Positions 1 to 9,239 of a stretch of DNA of 64,000 nt are shown piece by piece (position 1 is the first letter of the stretch; each line of letters begins with the position of its first letter). Made by a program: the position numbers and the translations under genes. The DNA is from Bradyrhizobiaceae bacterium (lineage in GTDB: Bacteria > Bacteroidota > Ignavibacteria > Kapaibacteriales > Kapaibacteriaceae). The stretch is taken from positions 107-64,106 of the forward strand of contig JAGFIZ010000047.1 of assembly GCA_024103135.1 (NCBI GenBank). The letters are read 5' to 3'. Below the pieces are notes generated by a model. It was not told where the DNA came from. It saw only the letters and a list, made by a program, of their open reading frames with translations, and ran no database searches.

Positions 1-2536
1 CATCACGCGTCGCAATGAGTGTGTAGGTCGTGGTCTCCCGAGGGTTTGCTATCGGAGCAAGTGCCGTTGAGTCATCCAGCCCCGTAGATGGGCTCCATAC
101 GTACGAGTCTGCAACACCCGTAGCCGAAAGTCGCGTAGCACTTCCAAGGCAGATACGCTTGACGGGGCCTGCCTTTACATCTGGAGCTGGGAGAATGTTT
201 ACATGGACGGTATCGGAAGAGGTGCATGTGCCAGCACCATGTCCCACAAGCACGTAGGTTGTGCTCACTAGTGGTGCTACGGTCAAGGTAGCTGCGGTGT
301 CGACCTGCTGACCATCAGTCGTATACCATTCATAGCGCTGCGCACTTCCAGAGGCTCTCAACAATGCCGTCGAGCCCTCGCAGATCGAGGTGTCTGTAGA
401 TGCCTGAACTACTGGACCCTGCATTGCAGAAATCACCAACGAATCGGTTGAACTACAACCACCACTTTCAGCGAAGACCTTTACCACGGTTGGCCCAGTG
501 ATAGTCACGACCGTTTCGTTGGTGGTTGATGGCATAACGCCAACACCACTCCATGTGAAGGACGATCCGCCACCCGTTGCTCGAACGGTGATTTGCTGTC
601 CTGTACAGGCCTCCGCCGGACCATCGATGATGATGGTGAACGTTGGTTCGACGTATACCACCACCGTATCGGTAACGACGCAACTACCCTTCGTCATCGT
701 TACCACAAACTCCGTTGTTTGCGTCGGCTTAGCAACTGGTGATGCCGATGATGGGTTGTCCACCAAGTTCTCCGGCGACCAATGGTACATGTCGGCACCA
801 GATGCATGGAGCGTTGCCGATCCACCAGGACAGATTGTAGCATCGGGTCCACCAGTCAGTTTGCTCACTGCTACGGTAACTACGGCTGTGTCCTTGCAGC
901 CATCTGCGCTCGTGCCAACAACGGTGTACGTAGACGTGCTAGCAATCGTGGCAATCGGATCGGCAATGTTGGGATCACTCAAGCCATGCGAAGGCGACCA
1001 ACGATAACTGGCTGCACCGGAGGCATGGAGTTGGATTGGCACGTTCGGACATGTAGAGAGCGACGTTGGTACGGAGAGTTTTGGCTCCGGTAACACGTCA
1101 ATCTCGATCTCGATGGTATCGTCGCCATACATATTCGAAACCGTCAACGATGCACGATGCAGTCCAGGTGTGTTAAAGCACACAACGGGATTTGGTAGAC
1201 GTGGACTCGATGGTGTACCCGTAGGAATGTTCCAACTCCACGAGTTAATCAGGCCTTGGCTCTCATCTACAAGTTGGATGCATTCATTTACGCAGACACG
1301 TACATTTCGAGTGAATGCAACAGGCATCTTACAAGCTTGGTCGCCAGGGACATGGGATGTAAAGTTCCATGCAAGGAAGAGCGGCAAGCCGGATCTGCAG
1401 GTACCCGTAAGTGTTATCGCTGTGTCGACGATGGTTGGTAAGGGGGCTGAAGGATCAGGGATCGACGCGAGATGTTTTTCGTTGGGTCTGCCAATGTAGA
1501 TGGCCTTGTCGGGAGCAAGTTGCATCGGTGTAAAAGCCGATGATCCCTTCAAGAAACCAACGTTCTGTCTTGAAGCAATGATGACGTCGCTGTCATACGT
1601 CTTCAAGTCGAACCTCGTGATATAGACACCTTCAGTTGGCGTTTGCACCGTTGAGGCAATGTAGAGATACCGACTATCGGCAGAGAATGCAGCACCATAG
1701 TGCGAAAGCGACCGATCTGATCCAAAGAGGTCAATACCGTTGAAGAGTGTCCCGGTGGAACGCGTAAAACGATAAAGCTGCGCTGTGCCTGAAGGCGAGG
1801 TGATGATGATGAACTCGCCATTGGGCGAGGCATGCATCTGTCCTGCATCTCGAATCTCTGCATCAGGGATCCCGTTTGATACAACTGGAGTCAAGGACAA
1901 ACCACTCGCCGTAAGGTGATAGGCGTTGAATACGGAGATTGCTCGTCTCCGAACAACAATCCACCAACCCGTGCCATCACAGTCACGAGTTGCGGTTACG
2001 TGTTCGGTTATGTCGTCCGTGACAAACGAGTTCTTTACGATAACATCACCAAATCCGACGTCCCTTCGCATGTCGACCATGCTGTAGGTAAGACACATAC
2101 ATCGGTCGCCGGGGTCTACTGCCGTGATTGGTGCTGGATTGAAGATGGCATAGAGATCATCACTACCAGGCCAAGGGAGGATGAGGGCACTCTGACTCGT
2201 TGATCGTTCACCCTGAAGTCCATTGCCATTTGGCATGATCTGATGAAAGGAATTACGAACTTCATGACCGTCGGTGTAAAACAACAACTTGCCCGTAACA
2301 GGGTGCGACTGAACAGCACACCCTTCGTCGGTGTCGATACGTCCATCGGTCAAGGGCTCTACAGTCCCATTGGCAAACGTGATACCGGCATTGCTGCCGA
2401 AGTACCAATTCCACGCACTGCGTTGAGCATACACATCTGCCGAAGGCATTGCGAGCCAGCATGCAAGAATCAGACATTCTGCAGCGAGCGCAATCCCTAA
2501 CCTCCCCCCACTGAGGTATGAACGCCAAGGTGCCAT
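1..2536 (-). CDS. Large T9SS/gliding-type cell-surface adhesin-like protein, C-terminally truncated by the window edge. It has a signal peptide, an N-terminal beta-propeller-like region, and tandem ~75-aa Cys-pair Ig/PKD-like repeats.
   Basis: ATG at 2536 on the minus strand, with no stop down to position 1 (the ORF is not in the supplied track because it is open-ended). The N-terminus MAPWRSYLSGGRLGIALAAECLILACWLAMPSADVYAQ is signal-peptide-like. Downstream repeats carry a conserved motif: ICPGGSATLHASGADMYHWSP, ICEGSTALLRASGSAQRYEWY, ICLGSATRLSATGVADSYVWSP, CTGQQITVRATGGGSSFTWSG. Confidence 0.6.
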   Translation of the reverse strand, partial: MAPWRSYLSGGRLGIALAAECLILACWLAMPSADVYAQRSAWNWYFGSNAGITFANGTVEPLTDGRIDTDEGCAVQSHPVTGKLLFYTDGHEVRNSFHQIMPNGNGLQGERSTSQSALILPWPGSDDLYAIFNPAPITAVDPGDRCMCLTYSMVDMRRDVGFGDVIVKNSFVTDDITEHVTATRDCDGTGWWIVVRRRAISVFNAYHLTASGLSLTPVVSNGIPDAEIRDAGQMHASPNGEFIIITSPSGTAQLYRFTRSTGTLFNGIDLFGSDRSLSHYGAAFSADSRYLYIASTVQTPTEGVYITRFDLKTYDSDVIIASRQNVGFLKGSSAFTPMQLAPDKAIYIGRPNEKHLASIPDPSAPLPTIVDTAITLTGTCRSGLPLFLAWNFTSHVPGDQACKMPVAFTRNVRVCVNECIQLVDESQGLINSWSWNIPTGTPSSPRLPNPVVCFNTPGLHRASLTVSNMYGDDTIEIEIDVLPEPKLSVPTSLSTCPNVPIQLHASGAASYRWSPSHGLSDPNIADPIATIASTSTYTVVGTSADGCKDTAVVTVAVSKLTGGPDATICPGGSATLHASGADMYHWSPENLVDNPSSASPVAKPTQTTEFVVTMTKGSCVVTDTVVVYVEPTFTIIIDGPAEACTGQQITVRATGGGSSFTWSGVGVMPSTTNETVVTITGPTVVKVFAESGGCSSTDSLVISAMQGPVVQASTDTSICEGSTALLRASGSAQRYEWYTTDGQQVDTAATLTVAPLVSTTYVLVGHGAGTCTSSDTVHVNILPAPDVKAGPVKRICLGSATRLSATGVADSYVWSPSTGLDDSTALAPIANPRETTTYTLIATRD

Positions 2537-2581
2537 GTAGTAACCTGAAAAATAGCATACTTACCGACACAAATCACGGTT

Positions 2582-3391
2582 TTGATCCGAAATGTGAGGG
2601 GGCTGACCCATGGTCGTCCGCATAGCCCTAGTTTTGCATGCGAAAACGCAGATTTTTCCTCTCAACAAGGGGCTCCTGACTTGCTTAAACAAGCACGTGT
2701 TCTGGTAGTCGACGACGAAGCCGACATCGTTGATCTGATATCGTACAATCTCAAAAAGGCAGGCTTTGACGTGCTCACGGCCTCCAATGGTACCGAGGCA
2801 CTTGCCATTGCTAGCAAGGAGCTTCCCGACCTGGTTGTACTTGATGTGATGATGCCTGGCATGAATGGCTTCGAAGTCTGTAAGGTGCTGCGTAGTCAGG
2901 AGTCAACCTCGCCCATTGCAACGGTGTTCTTAACAGCAAAGACTCGTGAGGTGGATCAGCTAAAGGGACTTGAGCTTGGTGCCGATGATTACGTTCCAAA
3001 GCCAGTGAGTCCACGTATTCTTGTCGCCCGCATTCAGAACATCCTACGTCGCCGCGAGGAACACACCCGTCAAGCCACTAGCGTCGAGACAAGCCTCCTT
3101 GGCGGAGAGATGGTGGCAAACCGACAGAACTATACGATCCGCATTGCCGATAAGGAAGTGTTCTTCCCGAAGAAGGAGTTCGAGCTCGTCGTTCTGTTGG
3201 CTTCTAATCCTGGGAAGGTTTACTCCCGCGATGAGTTGCTTGCCAAGGTTTGGGGACAGTCCGTGCAGGTCGTTGATCGTACGGTCGACGTGCACGTGTC
3301 CAAGGTGAGGGAAAAGCTCGGAACCATGGCACAGCGACTTGAGACTGTCAAGGGGGCTGGGTACAGGTTTACCTCCACATCTGAAAAGTAA
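2582..3391 (+). CDS. OmpR/PhoB-family response regulator (REC + winged-helix).
   Basis: VLVVDDEADIV...LVVLDVMMPGMNGFEV...LTAKT...LGADDYVPKPVSPRILVARIQ, followed by a C-terminal wHTH (VDVHVSKVREKLG). The true start is probably the in-frame TTG near 2681 (LKQARVLVVDDE). Confidence 0.85.
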   Translation: MIRNVRGLTHGRPHSPSFACENADFSSQQGAPDLLKQARVLVVDDEADIVDLISYNLKKAGFDVLTASNGTEALAIASKELPDLVVLDVMMPGMNGFEVCKVLRSQESTSPIATVFLTAKTREVDQLKGLELGADDYVPKPVSPRILVARIQNILRRREEHTRQATSVETSLLGGEMVANRQNYTIRIADKEVFFPKKEFELVVLLASNPGKVYSRDELLAKVWGQSVQVVDRTVDVHVSKVREKLGTMAQRLETVKGAGYRFTSTSEK

Positions 3392-3396
3392 GAGCC

Positions 3397-4476
3397 ATGT
3401 CAGCACAACCAACCGCACCGTTTTACAAGAACCCGGTTCTTTACTTCACCGCTGGCATCCTGGGCTTGTTGCTGGTATTCGTCATCCTGATTTCTATCTA
3501 CGAACCACAAGCCACCCACGAACTGGGGTTGCTACGCTTTGTACTATTAGGTCTGGGCATTGCCTTGTTAGGTTGGGCAATCCATACCCATCATGTGCGT
3601 ACGCTCGAGAAGGCATTGTATCATCCGTTGCAACGGCTCACCGATAGTACCTATGCAATTGCAGAAGGGGCAACGAGTGGACGTGTTGAGTTGGGTCCTA
3701 CTACCGATAGCGACGTACTCCTGGCAAGTGATGCCGTAAACAAGCTGGCGCAAAAGGCATCACGTGACATTGCAGAATACACCCGACTCGAACGTGTTCG
3801 GAGTGAGTTCCTAGGCAATGTTTCTCATGAGCTGCGTACACCAGTGTTTAGTGTGCAGGGATATTTGGAGACGTTGCTTGATGGCGCAGTCGACGATCCA
3901 AGCGTGAATCGGCAGTTCCTCGAGAAGGCCTACCATAACACTAAGCGACTCAACACGCTGTTGAACGACTTGATTGACATATCGCGAATCGAGAGCGGTG
4001 AATTACGGTTGAGCTTTCGTTACTTCGATATGTGCGAGGTCCTCAAGGAGGTTGTGCAATCAATGGAGCACATTGCCTCTCAGCATTCGATAGCCATTGT
4101 GCTCGAGCTACCGAGTGATGACAACTGCAGTGTACTTGGCGATAAGGAGCGCCTTGTGCAGGTGATGACGAACCTCATCGACAATGCACTCAAATACAAT
4201 ACTGAACATGGAACGGTGACGGTGAGCGCAAAGGTGGCGAAGGGTACGATGCACGTAAGTGTATCGGACACGGGCGTTGGTATTGCAGCCGACCAGCTTG
4301 ACAGGATCTTCGAACGCTTCTTCAGAGTTGGCGAAGACCGATCACGCTCCATTGGCGGTTCGGGCCTTGGTCTAGCAATCGTCAAACATATTCTCGAAGC
4401 CCACCAGGCACCGGTTCACGTCTCTAGCGTCGAAGGTAAGGGGACAACCATCAGCTTTGAGTTGAAGACTGCCTAG
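3397..4476 (+). CDS. Sensor histidine kinase with two N-terminal TM helices and a tiny periplasmic loop (intramembrane-sensing type). It is PhoR-like in its H-box (SHELRTPVFSVQGYLETLLDG).
   Basis: HisKA H-box SHELRTP, and the N/G1/G2 boxes (NLIDNALKYN, DTGVGI, GGSGLGLAIVK). It lies 5 nt downstream of the response regulator. Its stop overlaps the stop of the convergent 4473..9239 gene. Confidence 0.85.
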   Translation: MSAQPTAPFYKNPVLYFTAGILGLLLVFVILISIYEPQATHELGLLRFVLLGLGIALLGWAIHTHHVRTLEKALYHPLQRLTDSTYAIAEGATSGRVELGPTTDSDVLLASDAVNKLAQKASRDIAEYTRLERVRSEFLGNVSHELRTPVFSVQGYLETLLDGAVDDPSVNRQFLEKAYHNTKRLNTLLNDLIDISRIESGELRLSFRYFDMCEVLKEVVQSMEHIASQHSIAIVLELPSDDNCSVLGDKERLVQVMTNLIDNALKYNTEHGTVTVSAKVAKGTMHVSVSDTGVGIAADQLDRIFERFFRVGEDRSRSIGGSGLGLAIVKHILEAHQAPVHVSSVEGKGTTISFELKTA

Positions 4477-7400
4477 TTCACCACAACGATGGTTGTTTGA
4501 ATTGGCGTCGTTGACGTGTGTGCTCGAACAACATAAACACCACTGGAAAGCCCCCTGACATCAACGATGAGTGAATGATCTCGTTGATACCACGGTACCA
4601 CTATCTCATTGCCAGCAAGGGTTTGAACAGTGCATGAGGTAATGGGTGCATCGTTTGAGAGGCCAACGAGCACGTGGTCGGATGCCGGTTGCGGATACAC
4701 ACTCGTTGTATGTGGTTCCTGTAGATCAACATCCGCGGTGTATTCCCAAGTAACGTCATCAACGTACAACCCATCGGAGTGCTTGGTCAGGTTCGACCTG
4801 AATCGCAGCCGAAGCTGAAGCGTGTCGGGACTTATGTAGTCAAACACGTGCTGACCTGCACGCCAAGCGTCGGCCCCCTTGGTAGTATCTGCCCAACGTG
4901 GATCAACGCTAGAATTCCACCATGCAATGGTCTGCCAATCATGTGATTGTTCGCCGCTACGCTTAACCTCCAGATATGCAGTGTCAGTCGGATCGACAAA
5001 CGCAGCAACACGCCAGCGTAGAACAATGGCATTGTTCTCTGGAATCAAACCAGGCTGTTGAAATGGGTAGAGGAGCACGGTATCGCGCGCGGAACGTGTG
5101 TAGTCCTGGTTGGGCGATTCAGTAAGGGAGGTAGGTGGACTGTACGACAAGCGCGAGTCCAGGCCCCATTGTCCGCCCATCACATAATAATTCGGCATCG
5201 TATCAAAGGTCTCTTGTCTCCATTCCATGTTTCCTGCAAATACCATCATGCTGTCAGAGAAAGGACTCATGTTCTTGTCGGCATCACGGATTGCAGCACG
5301 AACCTTCCAGAAGCCATCTTCCGGGGCAGCAACGACAAAGGAAAGTGTCTTGCCTGTATCTGATGCGGACACGGCTATCACCGCCGTATCAGCACCACGT
5401 GCGATGAGCACCTGTGCTAGGTTCACGAGTGGAGTTTCTCCATCAAGCCTGAAGCGTGGCATGGTTAACGTAACTCGATGGTATGCCACATCGCTGGAGT
5501 CATAACCCATAACGTTAACCAAGGTGGGTGACCCTGGAAGTTTTGACCCACCTGCAAAGGCCGATGCAGTGCGAGTTGCAGACGTGTCGGTGCCATCCTC
5601 CACATGTAGGGTGTAGGTGTACTCACGGTACGAGGTGAGAGCAGTGTCCCGATAGCTCGTTGTGGCAACCGGCAACGTCGCGATGCGCATGCCATCACGG
5701 AATAAGGCGTACTGTGCGGCAGGGGAAAGGGGCTGACCAAACGTGCGAGATGAAACTGCACTCCAGCCAACATCGATACTCGTTGGCATCGCAGCAATGG
5801 TGTTGGCCCACATCGTGTCTGGAGCTCTCGGCGAGCGTGTGTTGACGATGGCGGTGTACACGTCACTGTCAACAGTGTTGGTGCTGGTTGTATTTCGCAT
5901 GTCTACCCACGATGGGTAGACAATGCCGTTGTAGAAGTCGCAACCCGAATAGTCTCCGGCAAAGGTCCTGCCACTAAATGGATTGTTGCGCAAATCATTG
6001 TCGGCATCACCGACCCTCCTGTCCGTCCAGGTTTGTCCGCCGTCAGTCGAGAGACTCACATAACAGTTAACAAGGATGTTACTCTCGTCGTCACGACTAT
6101 CAAAGTACATCACGGCAACATCGCCAGTAGTAGGATCGATGGCTATCCACGGCCAGAACTGATCATTGGATGTGTCGGAATGCACGACCCTTGGTGTCGA
6201 CCACGTAGTGCCATTGTCGGCTGAGTACGATGAGTAGACGTTTGGTGGATTGTCTGCCGACCAGACAAGGTACAGTCTTCCGTTGCGTGCTCCACCCGTA
6301 TTGTCGACCGACAGGCTTGGATACGCTTCTGCACGAACGGTACCCTTTACTCTTGAATTCACCGTTCCTTCGATCTCTAGCTTCTCGCCGAACGGATTGT
6401 AGGTGTGCAGAATACGTGGCTCTGAAAATGTAACTCCGCCATCTGTGCTTCTAGCGTATCGAACGGCATTCTCCGTGCCGCTATTCCATACTACGTGGAC
6501 GCTACCGTCGGGCCCCGTCCGAGCAAGTGGAAAGCTTTGTCCAAACGTTGCATGCTCACTCGTATGTGGGAAGCGAGCACCTACGGCGATCGGTACGCTC
6601 CAACTTAGCCCCCTATCGGTACTGCGCGAGATAACGATCTGCGTGCTACTGTCGGCATTGATCACACGTTTCCACGGGATGTACAGATTGCCACGGAAGG
6701 GTGATGAAGAAGCCGTGTCGGCATGGACGTAATACTTGTCTTCGAAAGCACTGTCGGCCGTCTGCTTGCCAAGGTGTTCGATGACGGGAATGTGGGTAGG
6801 CCCCCAGGTAAGTCCGCCATCATCAGTAATGGAGATGTAGACGCCATTCTCGCCGAACTGAGGAGTCTGTCCAACGTTAAAGCCACCATAACACAAGTAG
6901 CCACGTCCCTGATGATCAAAGCAAACGGATGGATCGTTGGTGCTTCGCCAGCCTTCATGTGGGTAACCCAACTTGACGTTATGCCAGGTATTGGCGCCGT
7001 CGGTCGAGTAATACGCCCATGTCTGACTGTTGGCTCGATAGTCTACTGCACTACCAATAAGATTGCGAGGATTGAGTGGGTTGACTGCGATCGAACTTTC
7101 ATTCTGCATTGGTTGCTGATCCTGTTCTTCGGCAATCAGCGACACGTTCTCAAACTGCGACGCATACCACGACAATCCTTGAACGAATGGCACCTTGGGC
7201 CAGTCGGGATGCAGATTCGTAGGGTCAGGTGTGGGATGAGCACGCTCCATTGACTGCTTACGTGCCCTATGATCATTGTCCGATGCTTTGGCAACGGAAC
7301 CAGACAGCACCACCAACCCAATTACAATGCCCAGTCCAAGGTCACGCGCCAGGTTTGTCCAATGTCTGTGATGCAACATGTCGCGCAGCTTTCGTGTGAT

Positions 7401-9239
7401 TGCAGGAGCCTCTCGATTTCCATGTCGTTCCAGAATCAATGCATTGCATGCAGTGAGCACGTGCATCGACGATGAGGTCTTTGTGTTGATCCGTGCCGCT
7501 TCTTGAAGCATCGACATTGCCTGTTCAACATTGTTCTGTGCCTGGGCAACCGTGGCTAGCCCGTTCAAGACCAGCGCACGTAATGCCGGTAGGTTGGTAG
7601 AGAGCACCTCGGCATCTTTCAATAGTTGCTCTGCTTCGGAGACCATGCCAATCGAGACGCATGCTCGTGCTTCGAGACATAACAGCGTTATACGTTCGGT
7701 TGTCGTAAGTGCCGGGTGGTTCCGCGCGCGCTGGGTATGCAGTTGTGCTTCGGTGGGCTGACCCATGATGAGTGCATCGCAGGCAAGTCTAATTGACTCG
7801 TCGGCATCGACAGTGGCACCGTCAGCAACGACTACAGTTGACGGCTGTCCATCTACGTCAACAGGAGCTGTATCAACATCGGCTTCAGGCCAATTGACGG
7901 CAAGGGCGGGGTCGACTTCCTTTAACATCCGCTGCGTTATCTCGACGTCTTCTGCAATGTGACCATGCGCAGCAATGATGGCTGCCAACTGCTCTCGTGT
8001 TGCCTGCAAATCAGCTGCATCGTGTTCCTTGGTAAGGATCTCTGCAATTCGATGATGAAGGGCCTTACGTTCCTCATACGAAACGTAATGATAGAAGTAG
8101 GTGAAGGCTAGATCTGATGTAAAGCGATAGGTCGTTGTCTTGATGTTGTATCTCGTACGAACGCCAATGCTCTCGATCATACCAGTGCGTTGCTGTAGTC
8201 TGCGCAAGCTTCTGGCAGCACTTACCACATCAGTGTTCGTTAGTGCGGCAAACAGAAAGGCAGAGAACTCTCTACCCTCGATGGCACCCATTGCAAGACT
8301 AATCGCATCATCCTCTTGAATTTCATGGAGTAGGACGTCGGTAGACGGGTGTGCCCCGAGTTGGACGCCAGACGTTAGTATGCTATCCGTTCGAAGGTGC
8401 CCATCCGACGATATCTCGCCCATTCGCTCCAGGTAACGGACGTATTCGACCATCACGCCAGGGAGTCCACCGCACCGTTCGTTAAGTAAGCCAACTTGTT
8501 CCTCTGTGAGCTTCAGGGAAGGGGCTATGGCATGGAGTACAGATTCCGCGGTAGCGCTGTCGATTGAATCAAGGACAATGTGTTGCGTAGTGCTGGCAAG
8601 CTCAGTGGGCAATGCCGTCAGCGCAAGATTATGTTCACGTGCCAAGCGTTGATCAAATGCCCACACGATGAGCAGCTTGTTCTGTGGGTTTGCTGCAATA
8701 CGCTTTAGCACTTCGAGACTTTGTGGGTCTGACCAGTGTGCTGCATCTACCAACAACACGAACGGTGTGTGAGCCGCAACTCCTTCAAGTGCTTCGACGC
8801 ATTCTTCGACGGCAGCTTTCCGTTTTTGAAGCAGGGCAGCAGTCTCGCGTTTGTATTCGGTAACGTCCTGCCGAACTGCCTTGATTGCATAAAAGATGTC
8901 GCCAGCGATCGGCAATGATGCCAGCAGACTCATACCAATGTTCAGTGCGAGACGCTTCTTGGCAACCTGTTCACCATTCTGATACAGACTCTCGATAGCT
9001 AGCCCAAAGGGCTGAAGGGGTTGTACGCTTGCTACATTCAAGGTGCCAATGGGTTGCCTGCAGTCAACCCTCACGGCTTGATCGCCAAGGTGCTTCTGCA
9101 AGGTATCCAGCAAGAAACTCTTGCCACTGCCCGGCTCACCCGAAACGAATACAACACTGCCAATGCCCTTCTGCCACTGGGTAATGAGTGCATTGAGCGT
9201 AGCACTCTGAGTGGGTCTTCCTGGGATGACGATGCTCAC
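4473..9239 (-). CDS. 1588-aa multidomain protein. The order is an N-terminal P-loop STAND/AAA_16-type NTPase and TPR-like region (~aa 1-620), one hydrophobic TM/signal-like segment (aa ~634-649), a BNR/Asp-box six-bladed beta-propeller (sialidase/sortilin-like), Fn3/Ig-like beta domains, and a T9SS C-terminal sorting domain.
   Basis: Walker A VSGEPGSGKS and VLLVDAAHWSDPQSLEVL (DxxHWxD, typical of AAA_16). TPR-like helices around LTTTERITLLCLEARACVSIGMVSEAEQLL. Hydrophobic segment LGLGIVIGLVVLSGSVAKA. Asp-boxes YYSTDGANTW, ISITDDGGLTW, SRSTDRGLSW, ARSTDGGVTF, SADNGTTW, LSTDGGQTW. The C-terminus SVYPQPASDHVLVGLS...LAGNEIVV...GLSSGVYVVRAHT...TTIVVVN matches the T9SS CTD pattern (YPNPA...GVYxV). 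Confidence 0.7.
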   Translation of the reverse strand: MSIVIPGRPTQSATLNALITQWQKGIGSVVFVSGEPGSGKSFLLDTLQKHLGDQAVRVDCRQPIGTLNVASVQPLQPFGLAIESLYQNGEQVAKKRLALNIGMSLLASLPIAGDIFYAIKAVRQDVTEYKRETAALLQKRKAAVEECVEALEGVAAHTPFVLLVDAAHWSDPQSLEVLKRIAANPQNKLLIVWAFDQRLAREHNLALTALPTELASTTQHIVLDSIDSATAESVLHAIAPSLKLTEEQVGLLNERCGGLPGVMVEYVRYLERMGEISSDGHLRTDSILTSGVQLGAHPSTDVLLHEIQEDDAISLAMGAIEGREFSAFLFAALTNTDVVSAARSLRRLQQRTGMIESIGVRTRYNIKTTTYRFTSDLAFTYFYHYVSYEERKALHHRIAEILTKEHDAADLQATREQLAAIIAAHGHIAEDVEITQRMLKEVDPALAVNWPEADVDTAPVDVDGQPSTVVVADGATVDADESIRLACDALIMGQPTEAQLHTQRARNHPALTTTERITLLCLEARACVSIGMVSEAEQLLKDAEVLSTNLPALRALVLNGLATVAQAQNNVEQAMSMLQEAARINTKTSSSMHVLTACNALILERHGNREAPAITRKLRDMLHHRHWTNLARDLGLGIVIGLVVLSGSVAKASDNDHRARKQSMERAHPTPDPTNLHPDWPKVPFVQGLSWYASQFENVSLIAEEQDQQPMQNESSIAVNPLNPRNLIGSAVDYRANSQTWAYYSTDGANTWHNVKLGYPHEGWRSTNDPSVCFDHQGRGYLCYGGFNVGQTPQFGENGVYISITDDGGLTWGPTHIPVIEHLGKQTADSAFEDKYYVHADTASSSPFRGNLYIPWKRVINADSSTQIVISRSTDRGLSWSVPIAVGARFPHTSEHATFGQSFPLARTGPDGSVHVVWNSGTENAVRYARSTDGGVTFSEPRILHTYNPFGEKLEIEGTVNSRVKGTVRAEAYPSLSVDNTGGARNGRLYLVWSADNPPNVYSSYSADNGTTWSTPRVVHSDTSNDQFWPWIAIDPTTGDVAVMYFDSRDDESNILVNCYVSLSTDGGQTWTDRRVGDADNDLRNNPFSGRTFAGDYSGCDFYNGIVYPSWVDMRNTTSTNTVDSDVYTAIVNTRSPRAPDTMWANTIAAMPTSIDVGWSAVSSRTFGQPLSPAAQYALFRDGMRIATLPVATTSYRDTALTSYREYTYTLHVEDGTDTSATRTASAFAGGSKLPGSPTLVNVMGYDSSDVAYHRVTLTMPRFRLDGETPLVNLAQVLIARGADTAVIAVSASDTGKTLSFVVAAPEDGFWKVRAAIRDADKNMSPFSDSMMVFAGNMEWRQETFDTMPNYYVMGGQWGLDSRLSYSPPTSLTESPNQDYTRSARDTVLLYPFQQPGLIPENNAIVLRWRVAAFVDPTDTAYLEVKRSGEQSHDWQTIAWWNSSVDPRWADTTKGADAWRAGQHVFDYISPDTLQLRLRFRSNLTKHSDGLYVDDVTWEYTADVDLQEPHTTSVYPQPASDHVLVGLSNDAPITSCTVQTLAGNEIVVPWYQRDHSLIVDVRGLSSGVYVVRAHTSTTPIQTTIVVVN

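Noticed and set aside
498-2500. Numerous 60-170-aa ORFs in both orientations inside the first adhesin gene, and similarly inside 4473..9239.
   Set aside because: All overlap a long, well-supported reading frame with a clear domain repeat structure. They are typical spurious ORFs of a high-GC sequence.
2582-4476. Naming the two-component pair phoB/phoR.
   Set aside because: The H-box resembles PhoR and the regulator is PhoB/OmpR-like. However the kinase lacks the PhoR PAS domain, and the pst operon is 35 kb away next to other candidates. They are left unnamed.
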